Part shown: one piece after another, positions 1 through 9,054 of the stretch
Layout: each line of letters begins with the position of its first letter
Numbering within the stretch: position 1 is the first letter of the stretch
Assembly: GCA_963666275.2 (NCBI GenBank)
Contig: CAXXOA010000001.1
Location: 1,280,001 to 1,344,000 of the forward strand
Direction of reading: 5' to 3'
Length of the DNA stretch: 64,000 bases
Source of the DNA: Oceanispirochaeta sp.
Lineage (GTDB): Bacteria; Spirochaetota; Spirochaetia; DSM-2461
Notes under the pieces: generated by a model
What the model was told of the DNA's origin: nothing
The model's database searches: none
What the model saw: only the letters and a program-made list of their open reading frames with translations
Translations under genes and position numbers: made by a program

Positions 1-256
1 TGTTATAGATTTCTTTGATAATGGCCACGGCTTCGTCCAGGGCCAGGCCGAAGTGTGCTGTCCCGTTGATGACCATGCAGGGGAATTTCCCTTCCCTGCT
101 TTTTTTGCAGTGCCCCAGGCAGGTGACCCCCCGGATGTCCAGGCTGGCCATGATCTGTTCGCTCAGGTTCTCTTCCAGAAGGAAGTAGTTGCTTCCCCCT
201 GTGACATAGCACATGGTTCCTGTACAAAGGGTGATTTCGATTTTTTTCATTTCCAT
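1..256 (-). CDS. Thioredoxin-like [2Fe-2S] ferredoxin (NuoE-like), runs off the window start
   Basis: Not in the ORF track. Manual translation from ATG at 256 gives MEMKKIEITLCTGTMCYVTGG...VTCLGHCK...PCMVING with Cx4C and Cx3C ligands and no stop before base 1; follows hfsC in the operon. Confidence 0.75.
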   Translation of the reverse strand, partial: MEMKKIEITLCTGTMCYVTGGSNYFLLEENLSEQIMASLDIRGVTCLGHCKKSREGKFPCMVINGTAHFGLALDEAVAIIKEIYN

Positions 257-274
257 TTTTCTATCCGTTTTTTC

Positions 275-1456
275 CTAGATATAGCTCATAATAATCTGTT
301 TCAGGAATTTATCCTTCATCAGATCCGCGATTTTCTTGACAATATTCCGCCGGATTTCCAGTTCCATGGGAATGTTGGGGTCCTGATGGGCCTCGTTAAT
401 CCTGGTGCCCACCACAAAATGGATGATATCCGAATCCATCATGGCCTCTACAATCTTCTGGGCGGGGTTCCCCGAAGTGACAGGTTCCTGCTGGTTCCTC
501 GTGAGATACTCGGACACCTTTCCCAGGGTGATGATCCCTTCTGTTATGAGGGTGACTCCTTCCATCCGGGAGGAGGGGGGAATCTCGTCGGTCATGGAGG
601 ACATATCCACTTCGATGTCCCGTTCCAGTTCCCGGGCGACGATATTGGCGGTGGTGCCGCCGCTGATAATGGACTTCCCTTCAAAGTCCCGGATCATCTC
701 GGCCAGCCCCCTGTCCCTGTCGGGGTTGTAGGGAGGCCCTGTGGCAATGATAAGTTTCCGGGGGTTCCGGAAGTAGATGGATCCGCAGGTAATATCGTCC
801 TTGGCTTTGAACACATCGTTTTTCAGGCTCTCTTTGACAACCTTCCTGGCCAGTTCGTTGGAGGAGATTTCCGGATCCCGCGCCAGGGTTTTCCGGATAA
901 ACAGGCGCACATTGTCATCGCCCCATCCCAGAGGCCAGAGCCTGGTTCCCAGGCCCGACTGGGTCACCCCGTCGGAGAAGAAGATAAGCCTGTCGCCCGG
1001 CCGGGCAGTAAAATTGCAGCTTGTGATTTCGTTTCGGTTGACCGTACCGGGATTGAAGGTGATGGTGCTGCCCTCCAGGGGGGTGATCTCCCCGTCCCGG
1101 ATCAGGATAAAACGGGGATTGTCGTATTCCAGTATCTGAACCTTTCCCTTTTCGTCTATGTCCACGATGGTAAAGGTGGCGTAGCTGATCTGCCTTTCGC
1201 TGCACACCGGCAGGGTCCGGGAGATCAGTTCCGCCGTCTGCAGGGCGGGCAGGTTCTTTTCGATGGCCCGCATGGCCATGGTGGCTGTCAGGGAAGAGAG
1301 CACGCTGGCCCGGATCCCGCTGCCCAGTCCGTCGGAAAGGATGGAGATCATCCTTTGCCGGCCTTCGGCCTTGCGGGAGAGGAAGGCGTCCCCCGGAGCG
1401 GATTCGCCCTCCTTTTTAACCTGATAGTAGCCCACATCCAGAAAGGTATCTTTCAT
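275..1456 (-). CDS. hfsC: SpoIIE/PP2C-family Ser/Thr phosphatase of the hydrogenase sensory operon
   Basis: LSDGLGSG, FSDGV and DDIT PP2C motifs; overlaps hfsB stop (ATGA). Confidence 0.85.
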   Translation of the reverse strand: MKDTFLDVGYYQVKKEGESAPGDAFLSRKAEGRQRMISILSDGLGSGIRASVLSSLTATMAMRAIEKNLPALQTAELISRTLPVCSERQISYATFTIVDIDEKGKVQILEYDNPRFILIRDGEITPLEGSTITFNPGTVNRNEITSCNFTARPGDRLIFFSDGVTQSGLGTRLWPLGWGDDNVRLFIRKTLARDPEISSNELARKVVKESLKNDVFKAKDDITCGSIYFRNPRKLIIATGPPYNPDRDRGLAEMIRDFEGKSIISGGTTANIVARELERDIEVDMSSMTDEIPPSSRMEGVTLITEGIITLGKVSEYLTRNQQEPVTSGNPAQKIVEAMMDSDIIHFVVGTRINEAHQDPNIPMELEIRRNIVKKIADLMKDKFLKQIIMSYI

Positions 1457-3171
1457 GATTTATTGTCCGCACTGAAGGACTCAATGATGGTGTTGAGCAT
1501 CACTTCGCTTTCGGCGGCATTCTCTCCCAGCAGAAACGCGATCTGCTGAACCGCTTCCACATTCTTTTCCATCACCTGTTTGGCCTGGCGGATAATCCTC
1601 TCTTTCTGCACCTGAGGGCTCGTGACATCCTGGAAGATGCCCCCCACCGCCTGGTTGGGTTCAATGCAGAAAACCGATCCCTCCAGGATTCTGTCCCCCA
1701 CCTGGAAGGTCTGCCTTGTCATGTGCTCTTCCACCGCCAGGGCTCCCTGGAAAACAGCCGAATAGGGCAGGATCTTTTCGAGGACAGCCCCTTTGAGACC
1801 GGGACGGGCCGAATAGGCTGCCTCTGTTTCCATGCCCATCAGTTTGGCAAAGGCTTTGTTGCACTCTATGATTTTCATGTCCTGATCCACAATGACCACT
1901 CCCGAAGGCATGGTCTTGATCAGGGCGTTGGATTTTTTCTCGCTCAGTTTTTTCAGATAGGTGATGCACATATCCTTTTCGGCCCGTTTTTCAAGAAAGG
2001 CCCGGGCGTAGTCCCGGCAGGTCATGTAACCACAGGCGCCGCAGTTCTTCTCATCTTCCCTGTCGTATTTACCGATTTTCCGCAGAGCCGACTGGAGCTG
2101 TTCCTCGCTGAACGCCGCCGGAACAGCCGGCTGGATCTGCCTGACTGCGGTGATATCTTCGATCTGGAACTCTTTCTGCTCCACCGTATCGGGGAGTTTC
2201 CGGGCGTAGTCGGTGACCATGCACTGTTTGATGGCCGAGCCTACCTTTCTTGTAGCCACAGGGCCGTTGATGCAGCCCCCCTTGCAGGCCAGAAGCTCCA
2301 GAAACAGGGGCCCCTCGGTTATGATATTCTCCAGTCCGTTCAGGATCTCTCCCATGGAGTGGATGTCGGAGAAGCTCAGCATCTGACCCTTCGGCATCTC
2401 TTCGGTCTGATGGCGCATGCTGGCGATCATTCCCCCTTCCGAGGGGTAGAGGGCTCCGTCCCGGGAGGTGGAGGGGACAAATACATCTTCCTCGTCCGCT
2501 ACTTCCCCGGCGGGATCTATATTGCTCTCGTCGAGCCATTTATGCAGATCGTCGAAGGAGATCGCCAGGTTCAGAAGGTCCGGGCGGAGATCGGCTTCGC
2601 GTTTTTTGGAGATACAGGGGCCCGCAAAGATAATGGAGATATCCTCGCCGTAGTATTTTTTCAGCAGCCGGCAGTGGGTCTGCAGGGGAGAGAGGGACTC
2701 GGTCATACAGTCGCTCAGACCGCTCTGGTATTTTTTAATGTACTCCACAATGGTGGGGCAGGCGGTGGAGATAAAAATACCGCTGCTGTTTTTATTCAGG
2801 ATCTCTATGGTATGCCGGGATACCTCATGGGCTCCCAGAGCGGTTTCGGAGATCCCGTGGAATCCCAGTTTTTTCAGGGCTTTGATGAGCTGCGCGGGAG
2901 TGGCTCCGGGAAACTCGCTGACAAAAGAGGGCGCCAGAGAGAGGAACACCTTCTCTTCCGTGGCAATGAGCCTTTTGGCCCGGGAAAGGTCATTCCGGAT
3001 TTTTTTGGCTCCCACCGGGCAGACCTGAACACAGTTTCCGCAGAGGATGCAGTGGTCGGTCATAATACGGGCATGGCCGTCCTGAACTTCTATGGTTTTA
3101 ACCGGGCAGTGACGGACGCATTTATAGCAGTCCTGGCACTCGGTTTCTTCGGTATAGATTGGATTGAGCAT
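1453..3171 (-). CDS. hfsB: Sensory group C [FeFe]-hydrogenase with 2x[4Fe-4S], H-cluster domain, FeS and PAS domains (HydS/HfsB)
   Basis: CxxCxxCxxxCP twice; H-cluster motifs STACP, AGPCISKKRE, ELLACKGGCING; NCGACGYMTC; C-terminal PAS (MPSGVVIVD). Confidence 0.9.
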   Translation of the reverse strand: MLNPIYTEETECQDCYKCVRHCPVKTIEVQDGHARIMTDHCILCGNCVQVCPVGAKKIRNDLSRAKRLIATEEKVFLSLAPSFVSEFPGATPAQLIKALKKLGFHGISETALGAHEVSRHTIEILNKNSSGIFISTACPTIVEYIKKYQSGLSDCMTESLSPLQTHCRLLKKYYGEDISIIFAGPCISKKREADLRPDLLNLAISFDDLHKWLDESNIDPAGEVADEEDVFVPSTSRDGALYPSEGGMIASMRHQTEEMPKGQMLSFSDIHSMGEILNGLENIITEGPLFLELLACKGGCINGPVATRKVGSAIKQCMVTDYARKLPDTVEQKEFQIEDITAVRQIQPAVPAAFSEEQLQSALRKIGKYDREDEKNCGACGYMTCRDYARAFLEKRAEKDMCITYLKKLSEKKSNALIKTMPSGVVIVDQDMKIIECNKAFAKLMGMETEAAYSARPGLKGAVLEKILPYSAVFQGALAVEEHMTRQTFQVGDRILEGSVFCIEPNQAVGGIFQDVTSPQVQKERIIRQAKQVMEKNVEAVQQIAFLLGENAAESEVMLNTIIESFSADNKS

Positions 3172-3180
3172 ATAGCCTCT

Positions 3181-3432
3181 TTACTTCTGACAAAAGTTAT
3201 CCAGCAGATCCGGCAGATCAGATTCGGTTACATTGGTATGGATCTCATCGTTCAAATAGATCACCGGACCTTTCCGGCATTTTTCCTGGCACAGGGCACC
3301 GGTCAGGTGAACAGCGGCCTCAATCCCGTTATCAGACAGGTATTTCTGGATGATTTTGAGATTACCGTTGTTTCCCCTGGTAAAACAAGAGCTGCCCATG
3401 CAGATTGTTATGGTTTTTTTATTCACAGCCAT
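3181..3432 (-). CDS. hfsA: Thioredoxin-like [2Fe-2S] ferredoxin
   Basis: ICMGSSCF...LCQEKCRKGP; first gene of the hfs-type operon. Confidence 0.85.
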   Translation of the reverse strand: MAVNKKTITICMGSSCFTRGNNGNLKIIQKYLSDNGIEAAVHLTGALCQEKCRKGPVIYLNDEIHTNVTESDLPDLLDNFCQK

Positions 3433-3489
3433 AAAAACCTCCCCATGACCCTGATTATAGTTATAATACAGATTTAGTCAATAATTAAT

Positions 3490-3570
3490 TATCGATATAA
3501 ATATATTTAATATTTCCAAAAAAGGGTTGACAAAAAACCCTATACGTAAAAATATATCGATATAAATATA
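3490..3570. promoter_or_regulatory. Divergent hfs/adhE promoter region with a 16-bp exact direct repeat and TTGACA
   Basis: TATCGATATAAATATA at 3490-3505 and 3555-3570; TTGACA at 3527-3532. Confidence 0.55.
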
Positions 3571-3590
3571 CTTAAACACGGGAGATTCAA

Positions 3591-6239
3591 ATGGCTAAAG
3601 ACGAAAATACAGTCCTTAAGTTGAAAAAAGATCTGGATGAGACTATTCAGAAAGTAAAAGATGCACAGAAGATCTATGCCTCGTTTTCACAGGAGCAGGT
3701 GGACGAGATTTTCAGACAGTCGGCCATTGCCGCCAACGATGCCAGAATCTCTCTTGCCAAAATGGCCGTGGAAGAGACAGGGATGGGAATTGTGGAAGAC
3801 AAGGTGATCAAAAACCACTTTGCTTCGGAGTTCATTTTCAATAAATACAAAGATACAAAAACCTGCGGGATCCTGGAGGACGACGGTACCTACGGGATCA
3901 AGAAAGTGGCCGAACCTATCGGAGTGCTCTGCGGTATCGTTCCCACCACCAACCCCACGTCCACAGCGATTTTCAAGGCCCTGATAGCTTTGAAAACACG
4001 GAATGCCATTATATTCTCTCCCCATCCCCGGGCGGCGAAGTGCACAGTCAAAGCCGCTCAGATCGTTCTGGATGCAGCGGTAAAAGCCGGAGCCCCCATA
4101 GATATCATAGGCTGGGTGGCCGAGCCCTCCCTGGAGCTCTCCCAGCATCTGCTGGCCCACAGGGATATCAATATGATCCTGGCCACAGGGGGCCCCGGAA
4201 TGGTCAAGGCCGCCTACTCGTCGGGAAAACCCGCCGTGGGAGTAGGGGCGGGAAACACCCCGGCCCTGATGGACGAATCCGCAGATATCAAAATGGCCGT
4301 CAGCTCTGTTCTGATGAGCAAAACCTTTGACAACGGCGTGATCTGCGCCTCCGAGCAGTCCATTATTGTTCATAAGAGCCTTTACAGCGATGTGAAGAAA
4401 GAGCTCCTGGCAAGGGGCGCCCTGATCCTGACGGAAGATCAGAAAAAGAAGGTGGCCGGCCTGATCATTGACCCCGACAGAGGCACCATCAACCCCAAAA
4501 TTGTGGGACAGAAGGCGGCGGACATAGCCAAAATGGCAGGATTCGATGTGGATCCGGATACAAAAGTCCTGATCGGCGAAGTCACGGATATTACAGAGGC
4601 AGAGCCCTTTGCCCATGAAAAACTGAGCCCCTGTCTGGCCATGTACAAGTGCAATGACTTTGAAGACGGCCTGATGAAAGCCAAGGCCCTGGTGGAACTG
4701 GGCGGTATCGGCCACACATCGGTGCTTTACACAAACGATAAAAACGACGACAGGATCAAACGGTTCGGCGATGTGATCAAAACCGGTCGGGTCCTTGTGA
4801 ATATGCCTTCCTCCCACGGCGCCATCGGCGACCTTTACAACTTCCGCCTGGAACCCTCACTGACCCTGGGCTGCGGCAGCTGGGGAGGCAACTCGGTGAG
4901 TGAGAACGTAGGGGTCAAACATCTATTGAATGTGAAAACTGTGGCAGAAAGGAGAGAAAACATGCTCTGGTTCCGGATTCCCCCGAAAGTCTACAACAAG
5001 TACGGATGCCTCCCCATCGCTCTGAAGGAGCTGCAGGGCAAAAAACGGGCCTTCATCGTGACCGACTCCTATCTGTACGACAGCGGCTGCGTGGACAGGG
5101 TGACAAGGATCCTCAAACCCCTGGGTGTGGAGGTGGAGTGCTTTCACCATGTAAAACCGGACCCCACGCTGAGTACCATCAACGAAGGCCTGGCTGTGAT
5201 GAACACTTTCAACCCCGATGTGATCATCGGCCTGGGAGGGGGTTCCCCCATGGATGCGGCCAAGATCATGTGGCTCCTCTACGAACACCCTGAAGTCCAC
5301 TTCGAAGGCCTGGCCATGCGCTTTATGGACATAGAAAAGAGGATCTACAGCTTTCCCGATATGGGCAAAAAGGCCGAGATGGTGGCTATACCCACCACCT
5401 CCGGAACAGGAAGCGAGGTGACTCCCTTCTCAGTTGTGACAGACGACAGAACAGGCCTGAAATACCCCATTGCCGACTACGCTCTGACCCCCAATATGGC
5501 CATTGTGGACCCCGAACTTGTAATGACCATGCCCAAGGGCCTGACCGCCGCCAGCGGTATCGACGCCATTACCCACTCACTGGAGGCCTTCGTGAGCATC
5601 ATGGCCAGCGACTACACCAACGGTCTGGCTCTTGAGTCTCTGAGGATCCTCTTTAAATATCTGCCCCTGTCCTACAAAAACGGTCCGGTAGATAAAAAAG
5701 CCAAAGAGAAGGTCCACAACGCCAGCTGTATAGCCGGTATGGCCTTTGCCAACGCCTTTTTAGGGGTTTGCCACTCTATGGCCCACAAACTGGGAGCGGC
5801 CTTCCATATTCCCCACGGTGTGGCCAATGCCCTGATGATCAACGAGGTGATCCGTTTCAACGCCACGGACAACCCCACAAAACAGACAGCCTTTCCCCAG
5901 TACGAGTATCCCACAGCGATCTCCCGGTACGCCCGGGTGGCCGACTACCTGGGACTGGGAGGAAAAGAAGATATGGATAAGGTGGAAAACCTTATCAGCA
6001 AACTGGACGAGCTCAAAAAAGAGCTGAATATCCCTGCTACCATCAAAGAATACGGCATCGACGAAAAAGAGTTCCTGGCTCAGGTCGATGAGCTGGCCGA
6101 ACAGGCCTTTGATGATCAGTGTACCGGAGGTAATCCGCGGTATCCTCTGATACGCGAAATAAAGCAGATGTATCTGAATGCCTTTTACGGCAAGATGTAC
6201 GCTGTCAATTCCAGTAAAAAAGCGGCCAAAGCCGGCTGA
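3591..6239 (+). CDS. adhE: Bifunctional acetaldehyde-CoA/alcohol dehydrogenase
   Basis: PTTNPTST, ATGGPGMVKAAYSSGKPA, LTLGCGSWGGNS, GGGSPMDAAK, HSMAHKLG; 882 aa. Confidence 0.97.
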   Translation: MAKDENTVLKLKKDLDETIQKVKDAQKIYASFSQEQVDEIFRQSAIAANDARISLAKMAVEETGMGIVEDKVIKNHFASEFIFNKYKDTKTCGILEDDGTYGIKKVAEPIGVLCGIVPTTNPTSTAIFKALIALKTRNAIIFSPHPRAAKCTVKAAQIVLDAAVKAGAPIDIIGWVAEPSLELSQHLLAHRDINMILATGGPGMVKAAYSSGKPAVGVGAGNTPALMDESADIKMAVSSVLMSKTFDNGVICASEQSIIVHKSLYSDVKKELLARGALILTEDQKKKVAGLIIDPDRGTINPKIVGQKAADIAKMAGFDVDPDTKVLIGEVTDITEAEPFAHEKLSPCLAMYKCNDFEDGLMKAKALVELGGIGHTSVLYTNDKNDDRIKRFGDVIKTGRVLVNMPSSHGAIGDLYNFRLEPSLTLGCGSWGGNSVSENVGVKHLLNVKTVAERRENMLWFRIPPKVYNKYGCLPIALKELQGKKRAFIVTDSYLYDSGCVDRVTRILKPLGVEVECFHHVKPDPTLSTINEGLAVMNTFNPDVIIGLGGGSPMDAAKIMWLLYEHPEVHFEGLAMRFMDIEKRIYSFPDMGKKAEMVAIPTTSGTGSEVTPFSVVTDDRTGLKYPIADYALTPNMAIVDPELVMTMPKGLTAASGIDAITHSLEAFVSIMASDYTNGLALESLRILFKYLPLSYKNGPVDKKAKEKVHNASCIAGMAFANAFLGVCHSMAHKLGAAFHIPHGVANALMINEVIRFNATDNPTKQTAFPQYEYPTAISRYARVADYLGLGGKEDMDKVENLISKLDELKKELNIPATIKEYGIDEKEFLAQVDELAEQAFDDQCTGGNPRYPLIREIKQMYLNAFYGKMYAVNSSKKAAKAG

Positions 6240-6324
6240 TTTACCGGTAACTCCGCCTGACCGGGTTTCCTCCTTTATTCCCGGCGGGCGGGTGCTTTTT
6301 TTAGAATAGAATTCCTCACCGCGG

Positions 6325-6353
6325 CCGCCCCTTGTTAAGGGGCGGTTTTTTTT
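6325..6353 (+). terminator. Rho-independent terminator of adhE
   Basis: CCGCCCCTT-GTT-AAGGGGCGG followed by T8. Confidence 0.85.
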
Positions 6354-6473
6354 CTTTCATCAAAAAATATACCCTGTGTACGAGTTTCTAGAATTAAGTG
6401 AAATAAAACGAAATATTTGCGGTCAACTGAAAAAGATGTTGCCTAAAATAAGAGGGAGAAATAGAATAAGGTT

Positions 6474-6767
6474 ATGAATATTACTGTCCCGAAGGAATAT
6501 GAATCAGACATTCAGCTTGCGTACGAATATTTATCAAAAGCAGGGTGTACTGAAATCTTTCTCTTCGGTTCATTAGCTGATGATACATGTAACTCCGAAT
6601 CGGATATTGATATTGCCGTTAAAGGGTTAGAGAAGAATAAGTTTTTTCATGTTTATGGAGAGTTATTCAGGATACTGGAACACCCTTTTGATCTCATCGG
6701 GCTGGACTATGATAATGATTTTTCCAAAGAGATCCTGAGAAGCGGTACATTGAAACGTGTCTCCTGA
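6474..6767 (+). CDS. Minimal nucleotidyltransferase (MNT antitoxin)
   Basis: LFGSLA...SDIDIAV motif, 97 aa, overlaps the HEPN gene. Confidence 0.85.
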   Translation: MNITVPKEYESDIQLAYEYLSKAGCTEIFLFGSLADDTCNSESDIDIAVKGLEKNKFFHVYGELFRILEHPFDLIGLDYDNDFSKEILRSGTLKRVS

Positions 6768-7188
6768 TAAAATCCCATCAGAAAAAATTGAATATGAACT
6801 TTCTCAAATAAATAAAGAGAGTGAAATCATAGAGTTGCTTGCCAGAAAACTAAGTGTTTCCCAATTGGATGAAATAGAATTGCGAGCAGCTGCAGCATCA
6901 ATGCAATCTGTCTATAATGGATATGAAAAGATTCTCATATTAATTTTAAAAAGTTTAAAATACGTTCTTCCTACTACCCAATCCTGGCATTCAGATCTGT
7001 TAGTCATTTCAAAGGATAATAATATCATATCAGAAAGGTTAGAGTCACAGTTAAGGGATTTAATGGCTTTCAGGCATTTTATCCGTCATTCATATAGCTT
7101 TATGCTAGATAGTGAGCAATTGGAACCTTTGTTAAAGAACATGGAGTATTTGCTCAAGGATTTTAAGAGGGAAATCTTAAGTTTTTAA
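6757..7188 (+). CDS. HEPN RNase toxin (HepT-like)
   Basis: FRHFIRHSY (Rx4H) motif; paired with MNT. Confidence 0.85.
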   Translation: MSPDKIPSEKIEYELSQINKESEIIELLARKLSVSQLDEIELRAAAASMQSVYNGYEKILILILKSLKYVLPTTQSWHSDLLVISKDNNIISERLESQLRDLMAFRHFIRHSYSFMLDSEQLEPLLKNMEYLLKDFKREILSF

Positions 7189-7334
7189 TTCTTAAAAAGT
7201 CTCAGTATCTTTACTTTTATAGTTAATAGACTTCTCCTTACATCTATAAAGGGTGAAATTCTCTATAGTTTATGTCTGTCGTGGAAAAATCCATTAACCA
7301 GAAGTAGACTGTAGAGTTATATGGAAAAATCTTA

Positions 7335-7802
7335 ATGACTTCAGCTGTTGGATTTATAATTATCAGTGTAACTTTTCTTATTCTCTGGTTCTGGCTCTTT
7401 CTGGCCATGATTGTAAAAGTTATCCAGGTCTCCCGGCTGCGCCGGTCCGCTGTCAGGGATGAAACTTTGATGAACGATCCGGTTCCCGCTCATTTGGAAG
7501 AGTGCCGGGTGGTGTTTCACCGCTGCCGGGTGTACCCGGGGCGGCATAATTCGTTTTATGCGGCTGTGACGGCTGATGGAGATACCATATATATGGAAGC
7601 CCGGCTGGAGAATACTTTCATTGCTCTCCCCAAAAAAGATATTCGGGATATTTCAGTGAAAATGAACCGGATTTGTCCATTTTTGTCTTTCCTTGTTCTG
7701 GAACATGACAGGGCAGGGCTGGTTTCGCCTTTACTGCTGGAGCCTGATATGGTGTGGGGGTGGAAGAAGAGGCTCAGCCTGTTGGAAACTGAAAAAATAT
7801 AA
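7335..7802 (+). CDS. Hypothetical protein with an N-terminal TM helix
   Basis: 155-aa ORF with hydrophobic N-terminus. Confidence 0.6.
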   Translation: MTSAVGFIIISVTFLILWFWLFLAMIVKVIQVSRLRRSAVRDETLMNDPVPAHLEECRVVFHRCRVYPGRHNSFYAAVTADGDTIYMEARLENTFIALPKKDIRDISVKMNRICPFLSFLVLEHDRAGLVSPLLLEPDMVWGWKKRLSLLETEKI

Positions 7803-7944
7803 AAATGTAAGGCAGAGAGGAGAAATCGGGTTTACAATTCCTATGACTCCCATCTGAATACCGGAGTATATCATTCCTATTCCATTCCTCCTGGATATAG
7901 CATCCGATGGAGGATTTTTTTGGGTTAAAGGTTCAGATAGCCAT

Positions 7945-8090
7945 AATTATATAGACGTCTAGATAACTATATTCTGGAGAGAATTATACTGCGTGGATGT
8001 CTAGATAACTGTGTTTTTTTTGTTATCTGAGGTGGGGTTGGATGGTAAGATGGGAATTATACTGAACAGTATAATAAGTTATGTTATGCA
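7945..8090 (+). promoter_or_regulatory. Candidate attI site / cassette promoter at the head of the array
   Basis: First cassette begins at GTTATGCA (8083-8090) with no upstream attC arm; GTCTAGATAACT direct repeat (7957, 7999); inverted repeat ATTATACTG-AA-CAGTATAAT (8056-8075). Confidence 0.5.
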
Positions 8091-8118
8091 GAGCCTAAAA
8101 ATATATTTATAGGAAATA

Positions 8119-9054
8119 ATGATGAGAACATTTGTTGGTATGATAAAGAATAATTTTTCAAATCTATTTTCAATAATAGGCATTTTACTGACGATTTATT
8201 TTTCAGTATTCTACATTCCAAACTATACAGAAGAAATAATTTACAAAAGAATAGAGAATGTGAATAAAGAATTGATTAGCTCCATTCAGGAACTGATATA
8301 TAATAATCAAGATATATCTATTAACAATATTGAAACACTAATTAAAGGAAAAGAACTCAGGGATAATATTGAGTATCCATATTCCGTTGAAGAACTGTTA
8401 ATTCAAGTTCAAGAGACATTCATGTCTAACAACTTTATTCCTCTAGAAGATAGAAAAGTATTTTTTGATAAAACTGATAAGATTAGAAAAGAAATTGTAC
8501 ATATTCAAACTTCGCAGTTAGAGGGAAACAAAACAATAAATTTATTAGGTCTTATTGTATCAATTTTAGGCGTAGCTGTATCCACTATTGGTGGAATAAG
8601 TTTATTTCAGTCAATAAAGATGCAAAAGGAGACTGAAATAAATAAGGAAGTAGATAATAGGAAAGATGATTTTACAAATATTGTCATGAAAGCTATTAGT
8701 TTTGAAGAAAATGTTTACGATAAACTTAAATCTATTTTTGGAGAAAAATCTATTAAAAAAGCCGATCAAGAAAATTCAGGTGTGGATTTTATATTTCAAA
8801 GAGAAGATAAAAAAATCCTTATTGAAGTTAAGTATTCAGAGAGAGGTATATTGAATTCTCAATCTATAATGAAAATTGCATCAATTGCTAAAAGAGAAAA
8901 ATTACCAGTTATTATTATTACTAATTATGATATTAACGACAGTATATTGAATAGAATAAATAAGATTAACACTGAGTTCAATGAACCAATTTTGAAGATA
9001 ATATCAATAAAAAATATAAATAAAATTGAAAATATTATATCGGAGGTACTTTGA
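8119..9054 (+). CDS. Cassette 1 gene A: membrane-anchored protein with C-terminal PD-(D/E)XK restriction-endonuclease-like domain
   Basis: Two hydrophobic segments; FEE...GVDFIF...LIEVK. Confidence 0.65.
   Translation: MMRTFVGMIKNNFSNLFSIIGILLTIYFSVFYIPNYTEEIIYKRIENVNKELISSIQELIYNNQDISINNIETLIKGKELRDNIEYPYSVEELLIQVQETFMSNNFIPLEDRKVFFDKTDKIRKEIVHIQTSQLEGNKTINLLGLIVSILGVAVSTIGGISLFQSIKMQKETEINKEVDNRKDDFTNIVMKAISFEENVYDKLKSIFGEKSIKKADQENSGVDFIFQREDKKILIEVKYSERGILNSQSIMKIASIAKREKLPVIIITNYDINDSILNRINKINTEFNEPILKIISIKNINKIENIISEVL

Noticed and set aside
3..227. 74-aa minus-strand ORF in the track
   Set aside because: Wrong frame; the ferredoxin reading frame starts at 256 and runs off the window
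53..3477. Long plus-strand ORFs of 498 and 584 aa
   Set aside because: Antisense shadows of the GC-rich hfsC/hfsB genes; no recognisable motifs
8062..8089. Possible dif/Xer site (TTATGTTA resembles the XerD arm)
   Set aside because: Spacer length and XerC arm do not fit; better explained as an attI-like junction
6240..8118. Integron integrase gene or remnant
   Set aside because: No ORF with tyrosine-recombinase R-H-R-Y motifs seen here or elsewhere in the window
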